From Lama guanicoe (lineage: Eukaryota): DNA of 64,000 bases. Below, piece by piece: positions 11,491 to 24,000 of this stretch. The stretch covers positions 3,625,130-3,689,129 of the forward strand of contig MU054391.1 in NCBI GenBank assembly GCA_013239625.1. Reading direction: 5' to 3'. Under the pieces are notes generated by a model that saw nothing but the letters and a program-made list of their open reading frames with translations, was not told the origin of the DNA and did not search any database. A program made the translations under genes and the position numbers. The first letter of the stretch is position 1. Every line of letters begins with the position of its first letter.

Positions 11491-14400
11491 TGAAGTCTTC
11501 ACGTTTTGAAAGATCCCGGGCTCTCGGGTTCCGCTGCGGGGCTTGTCCACATTGCCACGGATAATATTGCAATTTAAGGTCCTTCTCAGCTCCAGGTCTG
11601 CTATGGGGATTTTACTCTGCTGATGAATAACACCATTAGAGTTTTTCAGTGACTGTGAACGCATTTGGTTTTATTGATTACAGAAAAAGGAAAAAAAAAA
11701 AAACCAAGCTTTTATTCTAATTCCCGGACTCCTGCTGGAGTGGCTGTATCCTGACGGTAGGGCAGCCCTGAAAGGCCAGGTTGCAGGCTGGGACGATGCC
11801 CTTATCCCAGAGATGCTGATGAGGCCTTGGGAAGCAGGCCAGGTGCAGCTCCGCACCCTTCTCAAAGATGGATGGATTTGTCCAAGAGCTCAGTGGTTTC
11901 CAAGAATCCCCTTCCCCTGCACAAGACTTGTGAACAGCCCTCCGCTGTCAGGCCCGATGCTCCCCATCATGACTGCGGTAGGCGGGATTCAGCAGCCTGG
12001 CCCCCACTGAGGGAAGCGAGTTCCTCTGAAGGCCTCCTTCTGCTCTGCCTGCGAGCGTGTAGGGTCCAGGGTCTTCACATCCACTCCAAGCACAGAAGGC
12101 TCTTGCCTTCCTAGACACCTGAGACCCTGGGTTGCAGCCGGAGTCCTGCCCGACATTCACAGAAGTGAGTCCAGCACCCAAATGACAAATCAAGGAAGGA
12201 CAGATCTGTCTCCTGACAACAAAGGATGCAGATAATCACCAGGTAGTTCACAGTTGCCTCTCCCTGGCCCACCCCTTGTAATTGAGAAAGAAGCTGTGCA
12301 CAATGAATGCACAGACACTTAGTGTCATTCCGTTTGACAGACAAACAACCTGGTGAGCACCCTCAGCACTGGTGTGAATGTATCAAGTGTGAATGCAAAG
12401 GGAAAATGTTATGTTTAAACAGAAACACAGTTGAGGAGGTGCTTGCAAAAGCCTGTATTTCACATCATCCAAGGTGAAAGCACTCAGCTTTAAACTTAGC
12501 AGAGCAACAAACTCCAAGGGGTAAATATGCAAGTCTTGCTTTAAAAATATGTGTTTCTTAAACAAATGAAAGGAAAATAAAATCTTCCACATTGTCCAGC
12601 CCAGTTTTCTCTGCTCCTGGGCTAAAGACGGCTGCTAGTGAGCTGGCTCACCCTGACGGGTTCTGTGCACTCTTCACCTCCCTGGGGCATGAGCCCCCCC
12701 GGGACTTGTGGGTGGTGCAGCGTCTGGGCCAGGCTGGGACTCAGGTGTCTGGTGACAGCTTAAAATAGGCCAGTTGACAACATGGAAATGTTACTGTGTG
12801 CATTTGTACAGGTCTCACATTGATGAGTCAATAGACTGCTTTGTTTCGTACACTAGTTAAGTCAGTCTCTTTACTGTCTTTAAATACCCTAAATTTTAAC
12901 ATTCAAAAACAATATTCTGGTGCCCAACATGAAAAAGAAAAAAGGAGGAAGGAGAAAGAAAGTGTGGGGGAGAGTTACCATCAATGCCTTTTAGAGGTTT
13001 CCAGAAGTTTCCATAATGTGCTAGAAGCAATGATTTAATATAATCGTATCATAAACGTTATATACACAAAGGTCAGTGATACGGGAGGGTGGTCTCTCGT
13101 TCTGCACGCTCTCAGTACCTAGTGCCTGACACAATTCAGAGTCGCTCAAGCCAAAATCCACGTTTGTCCCGTCACACTCAATGAGAAGTTTAAGACTGGG
13201 GCTGACTTGGCGGACTCCAGTTATGGTGTCATCAGCGTTCTCTCCCTGTTTCTCTCGGTGTCCGTCCTTCCATCAGGCCGACGCAATTTTCCAGTGACAG
13301 ACACCGTCATCCTCCGCCCTCCCTGTGATGCGGGAACCCTGAAGGATGCAGGTTTCCATCATTTCGGCCTCCGGGGTCTGGACCAGGGACGCCATCTTTC
13401 TCCCAGAGCCCACGTAGCAAATCCACGGGGTTGTCTCCCTGGGGCCTGTGTCATCCCCGTGTTTACCACTCAGGCCAGAACAGAGAACAAGGGGCGACCC
13501 GAGGAGAGGGGGAGGGCGTGTTCCTCAAAGGAAGGAGGTGCTCTTTCCAGGAAAAGACAGGGAGGGGTGGCGAGCAGAGCAGAACCCCAGCTGTCCCCTG
13601 CAGCCGGCCAGCAAATGCATGTCCAATTAGAGGCCAGTTCCGTTTCCTCACTTGCTACCAAGTACATTTCAATAGTGACAACTAGTCCAGCTGAAAAACA
13701 GAGTCTCTCTTCCTGGGGCATTAATATGAGAAAACAGCGTGGGTTGGGGTTATTCTTGGGTTAGTTCATTGGGGGAGGCAGTGGGGATGGAAGATTTGGC
13801 TTGAAAAGCATCAGTGCTGCTGAGATAGTCCTGGCATTTTCCTTCAGAACTGATAGATAAAATTTAAGACATTCTGCCAGAAGCCTCATGAACAATTCTG
13901 TCCATTTTTATCCAAATGGTAAACCACTATTACAGTTACTACTGCATCAAATGCACAGTAAAAGGATAAAAAATTCCAGAACCTCACATTCTTATATTAA
14001 TATGAGCTAAAAGTATACATATACATACATATACACATACACACAGATACACATGCAGACACAGACACAAGTGGACAAAAGAAATTCTAGATCCACAAAT
14101 ATGTCTTTTTTTTTTTTTTTCACTTGTTCTGGGAGCTCAGACAAGAGCCAAGTAATTGAAGAGCCCTGGTCTGGCATTGACGTGCAAATGAGCCGGCGGT
14201 GGGACTGCGTTTGCTCTGTCCCGGATCTCCACGCGACACCGGACTATCCTGTAATTGATGTACACGGAGAAATCAGTGAACAGGCACAGCTCTTATCACC
14301 CCCGAACACATGTTAAAAATTTACTCCCTGCAATGGGAAATGCTCAAATCCAACTTACTAATGCAGGCTAATGTGCTTGACAAGTTTATTCGCATGTAAA

Positions 14401-15049
14401 GTATATTTTGAAGCTATTTATCTTTCTTTTAAAAGGGGCTCAGTGCCTTAAAGATGTCTTTGGAGTCGGGAGCCTCTGATTTCTGCCTTAGAAGTCCAGC
14501 CTTGTGTCAGACAGCAGAATCCGTCCCGCCAACACGGACCCCTGGTGACAGTGCTCCCCGCAGGCTTTTCCTTACCAGGCACCCAAATGACACTGCTTCC
14601 GTCCTTCTCAGAAGACTGGCACTGGAGATCCGTGTTTCAGGGCTCACATATTAGACAGAATATGATGACAAATTTGGTTCCATGAAGGGAGTAAGGTCGT
14701 GCTCATCACAAGTCCTGTCACTTCCGAGAGCTCTGCCCCCAGGAGGCTTGGACCGAACTCCCTTCCAGGGCCCAGACTTCGGGCAGGAAAGCAGCCCCTA
14801 AGCTCAGGTAAGTGGTCCTTGCCACCTCGAGTTGCCTGCCTTTCCCGTTTCAGAATGTCCTCGCCTCAAGGCGGCATCCGGCGGAGCCTCATGGCTCTGC
14901 GACAAAGTTACAAAAAGACATCCTGCGACAAAGTTACAAAGCCTGTTTCCATCAGCCTCGGTTTATGTATCCATTGAACCTGGGCTAAAAGAGAAACCAT
15001 CTGTGTAGAATCATTTCTTTAAATCTATTGATCATCCTTGTTTTCATTT

Positions 15050-15192
15050 CTTTTTTTTTATTTACGTGCAGTCAGTTTACCACGCTGTGTCAGTTGCTGG
15101 TGAACAGCATCATGTCTGTCATACATGGACACACAGACATTCGTTTTCACATGCCTTTTCCTTATCAGTTACTACAAAAACCTTGACGATAA
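15050..15192 (-). mobile_element. LINE-1 3' end fragment
   Basis: Poly-T then gtgcagtcagtttaccacgctgtgtcagttgctggtg, reverse complement of the L1 3' terminus. Confidence 0.7.
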
Positions 15193-15789
15193 CTAGGTCT
15201 TCAATAAGGAAAGCAGACAAATGTATCCGTTGTGGAAAATGGGCACATCTCTCTAACCTGAAGTACAGCAAACGCTGACTTTCAGGGTCTATGAGATTTC
15301 TCTGGAAATACTGTATGACGCTATTCCTCGAGTCTAATTCCTTCTATTTCAATAACGTTAAAAATTGTGGTAGGAAGAGGAGAGAGGCCGTGACAGAAAG
15401 CAGCTCTGGGAGGGCGATCAGGAGACCTGGGCCCCCCTGCCACTGGCTTTCCCTGTGGATCCAGGAGAATCCCGAGAACCTCTCGTGGCCTCAACTTACA
15501 AATCCGCAAGATGAGGGCTTTTATGAGTGTTCTAAGTGTTCATCTCTTACACAATGCTAACTGATCATTGCTCTCATTTAGGGAAAACCAGAAGGACACC
15601 TGGGTCCTGACAGTGGTGGATGCCAAGTTGTAAGTTTTAAGCCCCTTGAAATATAATTAGAGTCCCTGCCTTTCTTCTGTGTGTCTCCTGGACCTGCTGT
15701 CTGTATTCTTATAAAAATTAAGCAGAACAAAACCTGAAATCTAGGTGTCCTCCATAGGTTAAAACTGTGGGAGAAGTTACAATATTGAA

Positions 15790-15879
15790 AAGCAGCCTGG
15801 ATGTGGCCAAGAGTGTGCACTTCTGACCAGTTCACAGGTGGAGCTGCTGGTCCCGGGCCCACACTGTGAGAACCACTGG
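15790..15879. mobile_element. MER5A-like hAT fragment
   Basis: gctgctggtcccgggcccacactgtgagaaccactg terminus. Confidence 0.6.
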
Positions 15880-17172
15880 CATTACGTGTGTACGGGACGC
15901 TAACACTGAGTTAAAGCCATTAGAAGTCACTCGGGGGAGGGGCTCTCGATTTTTCGCCTTTTTGAAGGGAGTTCTCTAAAATTAAAACCTAGGTAAGGTT
16001 CCCAAAGTTTGTACGCGTTTTTACCGACCCAAAGCACCTTCTACCATGAACAGGCACCGTTTTAGGAATACCACGGCAGGCAGGCAGGCAGGCGGGCAGC
16101 CTGGAGCAGGCGCGGTCACACAGCATGGCCCTGTCCCCAAACCACACTCAGCTGAAGAAAGGCAGTGCCGCTGTGAACCTCCTCTGTGTCCTCCTTCTTC
16201 AGTGCCGCTACTGGGAGCAACTGTGAGGCTCAGGGGGCTCTCCAAAGGCCACGTCTCACGTGACCAAAGTGTGCAGGGACGGCTCCCTCCCCATCCCCAG
16301 ACACACCAAGGGAAGCACATGAGGTCGTCGGGAAGCCCGGCAGGGACACATGTGATGCTCTCGGTGACGCCGTGCGTGGGGCTCTCCTCGGCCGGAGCAG
16401 GAGGCCGCTGCTCACACCCGTGGGAGGCTCAGTTTCCCATCCAGGAAGGCCTCACGCTCCCGGTAGCTGCACTGATGTGTTCATCACAGGACCAGAAACA
16501 CGCGTGCGACACACTGACAGCCACGCGTGTCAGCACAAACATTCAGAAAAATGACTTGAGATGTCATTTCAGGTTCTTTCCTTCCTGCAGGTAAGGACGC
16601 AAGGGTGCTGCGAGGCAGCGGTGGTGCGGGCGAGGCGTCTGCGCTTTGAAGACGGTTGGCTCCCCCTGAAATATCTCATTTAATCATTTGCACCGTCTGC
16701 CCCCCGGCATCCCCGCTAGTGAGACGGGGCTCTCACCCCGGGATCCGGCCGGGAGACTCAGAGAGGAGGGAGCTGACCGGCCTGTCTCCTTAGGGGACGG
16801 ACTGACAACCAAACCCCCAGAGGGCCCCCCCCAGGGCCCCCGCACAGAGGATCTCCCTAAATCAGTTTCTCCCTTCTTCCTCCATTTTTTGTCAGCCGGC
16901 ACGTACCATCTCTGCCTCGTGACGCCGATCCATCTACGGAGTCCAGACATTTCTCTTACAGACCTGGAAACTGAGGCCAAAAGAGTTAACAGCCTTTCCG
17001 AACGTCAGGAAAGAAAACCCAGCTCCAGAGCCAGACTGAAGTCTGTGTCACCGCACGCCAGGCTGGTGTCCGGTGTCCTGGGAGGGAAGACACAGAAATG
17101 CTGGGCTTGGTTCTGCTCCTTCTGAGTCATTCTGTGCGATGCTCCTCTTTTCTGCTTACGGTGAACCTATAT

Positions 17173-17343
17173 GAGGGTTTCTGAATCTGGGCACCATTGA
17201 CGTTTGGGACAAAAATGTCTTTGGTGTGTGTGGAGGGGGGACCTTATGCCCTGAAGGATGTCACAGCTGAGACAACCAAAAACATCTCCTGACTTTTCGA
17301 AATGCTGTCTGAGGGGCAAAACCTCCCAGGCTGAGAACCATTT
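17173..17343. mobile_element. MER20-like hAT element, internally deleted
   Basis: ggcaccattgacgtttggg ... gacaaccaaaaacatctcc ... aaatgctgtctgaggggcaaaacctcccaggctgagaacca. Confidence 0.75.
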
Positions 17344-17532
17344 AAATTACCCTTTGGCAAATAATAGGCAGTTAATATATAGCAAGTATTTTACATGTGA
17401 AAAGGAACTCTTACAAAAGGGTATGTATGGGAGGCACATTTGTGAGCCGTGTGTCTGCCTCGTTCCGTGTGTGTGGCTATAAATGATACAAAGGGGTTCC
17501 ATGAGATTCTGTTTGGTTAAATCAAAATTCAT

Positions 17533-17900
17533 GAGGCTTCCATTTCTGGCCGAGATGGAGCAAGAGTGACTGGACTTACCTTTCTGCTGGAAACCAGCCA
17601 AACACCAGGAGCAACAGTTTCAGACACTGGCCCTCAGGCAGGCGGTGCAAGGCTCCAGAGAGGGGACAGTGGGGGCCTGCCACCTGCTCCGTGGCTGCCC
17701 GAGTGCATCCAGGAAGGCGCCTCCCAGAGCTAGCAGGTGGGCATGGGAGTGCTCCTGACCCGGGTGTCTCAGAACGACACATCTTGTGTGACCGTGATGG
17801 ACGCAACATCACCACTTCCTGTCCAGTGCACAGCACGGTGGTGTCCCCCAGCCCGTGAGATGCCCCCCTGCAGACAGGAAGGACAAGCCCTGCCCCCCGC
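17533..17900 (+). mobile_element. Old L1M (L1MD/L1M4-like) 5' region remnant
   Basis: ttccatttctggccgagatggagcaagagtgactggacttacc...ttcagacactgg resembles ancient L1 5' ends with a YY1-type AGATGG core. Confidence 0.5.
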
Positions 17901-18051
17901 CTCAAAGTGGGGGGCCCACGTTTGAAATACGCTTATGGTGCGTGGAACGATTTCCTGTTTCAGAGAAAACGTCTCCTTTCTACAAAGTCTGTTCTCTTGG
18001 TGTACAATTTCCCCATGTAATTTTAGAGAAAAATAACTGCATTTTTTAAAA

Positions 18052-18200
18052 TTTTATTTTTATTGAAGTGTAGTTGATTCACAATGTTAGTCTCAGGTGT
18101 GCAGCAAACCGGTTCAGTTAGACGTATACATACATATACATATATATACACATATATTTTCAGATTCTTTTCCATGATAGCTGATTGTAAGAAATCTTTG
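18052..18200 (-). mobile_element. LINE-1 3' end fragment
   Basis: tttattgaagtgtagttgattcacaatgttagtctcaggtgtgcagcaaa, reverse complement of the cetartiodactyl L1 terminus. Confidence 0.8.
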
Positions 18201-20695
18201 TTGTTTTTCAGTACTTGCATTCTTGTTAAACAAATATACATTTTCTTACTGACTAAAAACAGTGTTCTTTTCAATCGGGCTACCATCACTCATGTTCATG
18301 TGCTTTCTGATGTGTGACTCAGCAGCCCTGGCACTGGACAACCCCACCCCAGCCCACCGCACCCCAGGGAGAGGAGAGGGCTCCCAGCCAAACAGAAACA
18401 GAGGGAGTGGATTGTGCTGTCCACTTGCCAAACCTCAACTTCCCTTTCTTTTCAAAAGAGGTGATACGCTAATAATAATACCAACGCTAAGATCAGGATG
18501 GTGTCCACCTCCCAGGTTTGCAGTATGGGACAAAGGCGTTCCTGCCTGTGTCATGCATGCACAGCCTGCGCGTCCCAAACGCTGAGACAGCTACTCTGCT
18601 GCTGTCACTGTGACTGCTACTACGTTAATTCTTATGAGTAAAAGAAAGCCGTCTATGGAGAAGGGCGAAAAGCATGGGTTATAAGCCCAGCTCTGAAATC
18701 TGCTTAGCTGTCTAATCACAGGAAGTCCACGATCACCTCTTGCCCTATTTTTCTGCCAGCAAATAGTGATATTGATGAAACCTTTCTCAAAGCATCGGGG
18801 AGCCGGGGTCCAAACCGCGGCTGTTGGATTCCCAAACCCTTGCTGTTTCATATCCCATAAAACCCAGTGATTGGTGAGTCTGGCCCTAAAAGCCACCCTG
18901 TCGTTTGGAAGGCCCTCACAGGCCTGCACCCCGAGTGGTGGGTTACCAGGTCCTGCAGCCCTCAGTGTTCACACGGAAAACAACTCCGGACAAACGGGGA
19001 CTTGTATCTGCTCTTATCTCTTTCCAGAGAGTCGATGCCACTCCCAGAAAATTCCTTCTGAGCAGTGCCTGGCCCACCATCTGCGGACACGCCAGTTACC
19101 TAGACAAACCTTCCTGTAGCAGGAAGTGCGGGGCCGGCAGACATGACTCAGAGCTCCAATTAAAAACGGAAATTTGCATTAGGAGGTCTCACTGCCTGTT
19201 TCAATTGGGAGCCGCAGCTCTCGCCTCCTTCCTTCCTAAGGAGAGAGGGACATGGGGCTGTGCGTCTGGGTTTTGGCGGGGGGCGGAGGGGGCCGTGTGA
19301 GCGTCTGGATTTGAGCTGCTTGTTGTGGGGGAGGGTCCGTGCGAGCCCCAGCAGCGCGCAAAGGTCTGAGAGGCGCCCACGTGGAGGACCGGAGGGCCTC
19401 CTCCCCACTGGGCTCTCCCTGTCTCTTTAACTCTTCTTCCTCGTCCCCCGCGAGACCCTGGCCGCCCCTCGCAGCTGTGACCTCTCTCAACTGTCGGCCT
19501 CAGATTAACTGATACTTCATCAATTTCCCCTGAACTGCATTTGCAACCCGGTCTCAGGGGGACGGCCAAGTGCATCAGATGCCACGCACCAGCCTCCCAG
19601 AGCCAGATTTTCCTCAGGACGACGGGGGCATTTTCCAGTCTTCTTGCAGGGGGACTTCGCCCAGAGGGGGCAAAGCGGGAGCCTCTGATTATTCCTTGTA
19701 AATTTTTCATGAGGACATCTGCCCACGCTCCGCGCCTCCGGAGCTGCCCCCACCGCCCCCCTCCCTGCATTCAGGCCTCCTGACAAGGCATGAAAAACGA
19801 GAATGATTGGGCTCAGTCCCCATTAGCCAGGAAGTGACTGCCAGGAGGCTGGGATTTCAGCGTCGGGAGGGGCGGGCTGCTGGAGAGGGGTCTTGGAAAC
19901 AAAAGGCCAGCGGGAGATGGATGGCTCTTAGGTGAGTCTGCAGACTGAGGCCCCTCCAGGGGTGGGCGGCCTCACTGCACAGATGGTCCTGGATGATGAA
20001 GCTGGCCTGGCCCAGGGACGGATGTGGGGCCTGCGGACCCCACTGATCCGGGCCCGGGAACTGGGCCCCCCGTCCTCCCCTCCTTCCTCTTTTACTTCTT
20101 GGGGCGGCCTCCAGCGTGGTGTGGGGCGCCAGCCTCCCTCCCTGGGCTACCGTATTCATATCTCCCAGGTCAAAGCCGGGAAAGAACGTACAGAACCGGG
20201 AGAGGGTCCCACGTCCTCATCTAAATAATAAAATACGTGTAAGCATCGGTTTGCAAACACCAGCCGCTGACCAGCCGCAAACCCCTCTCTGTCCACCCCG
20301 TTCAGACGCGAGCCAGCAGCTCCTCCTCGTTAACGCATCCGATCCTGCGGTGTCCTTTGTGTGCTCCCTCTCGAGTGGCATGTGCTTCAATTTATTTTTA
20401 ATCTTCTAAGTGATGTCGTAAGGGCTGCCGCCCCGGTGACACGTGAAGTCGGTTCTTCCGGCCTGTTTCGCCGGGAGGCCTCCTTCCACCCACCCTGGCC
20501 CGGGGGCTCAACGGAGACCGCGGTCGGAAAAAGGCCTCCAGCGGGGAGGGGTGGGGGAGGCGCCTGGAAAGGAGAAGGCCGCCGAAGCGGTAAATCTGTG
20601 CAGAAACCCACCGCGCACACCTTGGGAACGCCGCCTTTTGTGCTAAGGGGGGCCCGGTCCCCGGGGCGCCGCGGGCGGCCCTCCGTGGACCAACG

Positions 20696-20710
20696 GCGCC
20701 ACCCAGTGGT
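20696..20710 (-). promoter_or_regulatory. Candidate CTCF site in a CpG-rich patch
   Basis: Minus strand CCACTGGGTGGCGC, one mismatch to the CCASYAGRKGGCR core; lies in CpG-rich 20420-20750. Confidence 0.5.
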
Positions 20711-21527
20711 CACGCCTCGCCATGTCCCCTGTCTCCGCGAACCGGGGGACAGAGAGAAAATGAGCTGTATGAACTGTTGCCCTGAACATCACATCTTTAA
20801 GTCGTTATCCACATGAAAGAAGGCCTGGTACTGATTCAAAGCCACCTTGATGGGAAAATCTGAGAAGGCCCATAAAAGGCAGTGCGCAGAGCTGAGGAAT
20901 TTTTTTTCTTTGCAGTTGTTTGCTTTTGAGTTATTTTTTTTTCTTCCGAATAGCTATCCTCGTGATTACACCCTCCACAAGGAAATAAAATTAAATACAT
21001 GTACTTAATTGCTGAATTAATTTGTAGATCTATACCACAATCTAATTCAAAGCTCTAAACAACTGAAACGTCACTGGTTGGTGGGAGGGCGGGGTAGGGC
21101 ACCTCCCCCACCCCAAAGCAGGAAGAAGGGGCAGAAATACCAGGGAACTGGGAGTCAGGCAGGTGCGGGAGAAACTTGCCCCAAAGCAGATGGCACACGG
21201 TTCATGACAGTAGGTGAGTCACCTTACTGTTGGTGTGTTAATGTTGTCATCTATGAAACAGGTCATCTGTGCAGACAGTGATTCTAACTGATGCAGCCAA
21301 CACAGATGGGCGTTCCTACTGTGACTACGCTTCCTTTGAATCCCTGTCCCTGTTCCTGATGTCATTCTTCCTCCTCCGCCTCCCCTTCGATCTTGTCCCT
21401 GCTCCTCTTCCCAGACCTGAGGGTCTCCCCTCCATCCCGCCCTCCTCCTGGAAAGCCTCCTCCTTTCGGGTGCCGTCGCCTTTTTCCTCTCTATGGTCTT
21501 CTGACAACTCTCACTCCTTATCTAGAT

Positions 21528-23872
21528 TACCATTGTCCGGTTTTGTTTTGTCTAATCACCTACTCATTTAGTAATAATCTGATATTTATGCCCTCATTCA
21601 TCATATACACGGACCTCTGAAGATGTGTACAGTGCAGGATGAGGAAAGAAAAAATGAACAAAGTTTTGGATTAATTTTAATTTTTCATTTAAAATAAATA
21701 ACTTGTATTTTCATAAGAAATATTTTATCAGAAAGAATAGTTTAATGAAAGAAATATGGTTAAATATGATTTATTATTTTGTATGTTGGTTTGGCACTTT
21801 GTGAGACAATGAACCTCTAAGTTCAGTTTATTTCTTACATTAAATTATTATCATGGTTGAAAAATATACTTCACGTAAGTACATAAATCCAAATAGAAAT
21901 GAATCATCAGTTGTGCTTTTGAAATTTGGGCACCACGTTCCAGTCTCATTCAGCAATTATTTGGAGATTTGTGGTGATGGTGGATGTCAGAATTCAGGTA
22001 CTCAATTTTCTTTTTTACGAATGTCAGTTTTTCTTTTGAGCTTACATTTATGCCATTTGTAAAATTTTATCCAAGGGACAACACCTCATTTTAGAAAATT
22101 TTTTAAAATTATATTTTTGTTAAGTTTTGATAATCTACAGATTTCACGCATATATTGTATTTGGTATACATAATGTACTATTTTGTTGTCACTGTTGATG
22201 TATAATATTTTGAAAATAAAATCACATCATGGTAGCATCACTTCTGGATTCTAATTCCAAGTTGCTCGCTCTCTACAGCATACATTTCTCTCAAAAAGCA
22301 GTTACTTTCTCATTCATTGTTTAGAAATTACCTGTGGACTGAAGAATGGACTTAGAATTACTCGTTTAGTTATTTTCAATTTATTCATTAAAAAATATCT
22401 GGTTGGCAGCATTGGATGACAACTAGCTTTTATCATATACTCCCCCAAAGCATGACTTGAATTGAACAAATAATTTTCATAAGTCTATTTCACATTTAAC
22501 TCTTAAGGATTTGCAGTAAACAGTAAATGTGTACTAAAGATTTTTATATTTATGTCCTATATCTTTATATTTATGGCCAAACATTTTAAAGTATCTCTTA
22601 CTAGGAATAATGCTGTGAATGAATGACGGGTGCCAGCTTCCTTTGGTTCTTGACAATTAGATAGAGCGTCCCTGGTTGCGTTAATATCATTTTTTTCCCC
22701 CATAAACTGTCGTTTTGTTAACAGAATCACCTGCTGCTCAGAACAGAGCTTCTCTAATACATCTTTCTTTAGTAGATCACAGAGAAGTTGTCCTTCGTGT
22801 ATTTCAGTATTGAAACTGAACTTAGCAAGTACCAGAAGGTTGGACTTGTTAGAAACAGCTGTGCCCAGCTGTGGAGCAAAACCCCCAGACTCAGTCATTT
22901 AACCTCACATTGGCTCCTTCCAGTCCTCCGTAACATTTGTATGTATCTTCCCAAATCGCTTGAAGACAAAGGATGCAATTTTGTATCTACCATATTATTT
23001 TCTCTGTTGCTCCAGCCATTTTCATCCAAAATATTAACAATATTTTATTAATTGATATGCTTTACGTCTTTTTCCCCTAAGGGGGCAAAAAAAAAAAAAA
23101 AAACTTGAAAGAGACTTCAAAGGAATTAGCATTGAGTTCAGTAGAATTTTGCACATTATGGGATTAACTAACGTAAACTTTAGCACGGCTGAAGAGCCAC
23201 GCCTGCTCATCTTCGCGTTTGTGTTCTTAGTCTTCGGTGTCTTCCCAATTGGGATGGATTTGCACTTCTGTTAGTTAACATGTCAAGGCATGAGCTCTAG
23301 GCCCACAAATAGTGAGGTTCGCGGTTAACGACAGCGGACTTCAATCTCTGTATCAGATAATTTTATAACGTTAGAATTTGTGTTCACTATTTCAAGATTT
23401 TATTAGATCGCCACCCTTTCAGCCTGTTTTTGAGGGACAGAGAACTCGAATCCTGACCAGGACATTCGGCAGCCCCTTCGGCCCCTCCGTGCCCTCCCGT
23501 GCCCACGGGATCCGCGTCAGCCTCGAGCCACGGGATTTGCAGGGATGCTTTTACGGTGTTCACCACTTTGAGGGGTTAGCAAAGCTAAAACGGGGTTAAA
23601 TAATCTATAATAAAAGCCCTTGACCAGAAGTAAGTAAACTGCAGTCGCTCACAACACTAACACGTAGGGCTGCGCGGGGCACTGCCATCGACCCTCTGCC
23701 CGCGGGGACGCTGTGCGATGCGCGCGGAGCCAGCGCCGCGGGTGCCCGGGCGGCGGCGCGCGCAGGCGCAGTGAGGCTGATCTATTAGGGAACAGTTCGG
23801 GAATAAGGCAGACTTGTGTTCGCAGATGTGTGGTTTCACCTGCAGGAAACACCGGGCGAATGCAATGCGCTG
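21528..23872 (-). mobile_element. Decayed hAT DNA transposon (Charlie7-like) with degenerate transposase
   Basis: Minus-strand frames give hAT/Buster transposase motifs in order: NPSQLGRH (23237-23260), HPLSSSDLGRYI, FAPQL-GTAVSNKSNLLVLAKFSFNTEIHEGQLLC (decayed DESTD region, ~22780-22880), FIHSII (22606-22623, decayed CxxH), TMNEKVTAF (22294-22320), LFGFMYLREVYFS (~21855-21895) and RNKLNLE (21815-21835); left flank atctagat fits the Charlie nTCTAGAn target. Confidence 0.85.
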
Positions 23873-24000
23873 CTCCCAGCTGAGCCGAGCCCAGGAACAC
23901 TCGCGTGCACACACGCACACACGTGCACAGACATGCGCCCCTCCATCGTCTCCCGGGTGCCGCAGATCACCAGGTGCGTCGTGAGCCACACCCACCGTCT
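23640..24000. promoter_or_regulatory. Small CpG island, candidate promoter
   Basis: Dense CpG; NRF1-type GCGCAGGCGCA (23760-23770), MYB-type AACAGTT (23791-23797), E-box CACGTG (23920-23925). Confidence 0.55.

Noticed and set aside
21815..21915. Possible C/D-box snoRNA on the minus strand (TGATGA ... CTGA)
   Set aside because: No terminal stem, and it lies within the transposase C-terminal remnant
21560..23690. Apparent small spliced gene on the minus strand (ATG at 23688, donors at 23652, 23172, 22730 and 22331, poly-T acceptor at 23077; 113-aa ORF 22557-22898)
   Set aside because: Spliced frames hit several stops, and the coding-like signal is explained by a frameshifted hAT transposase. 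Non-coding transcription is not excluded.
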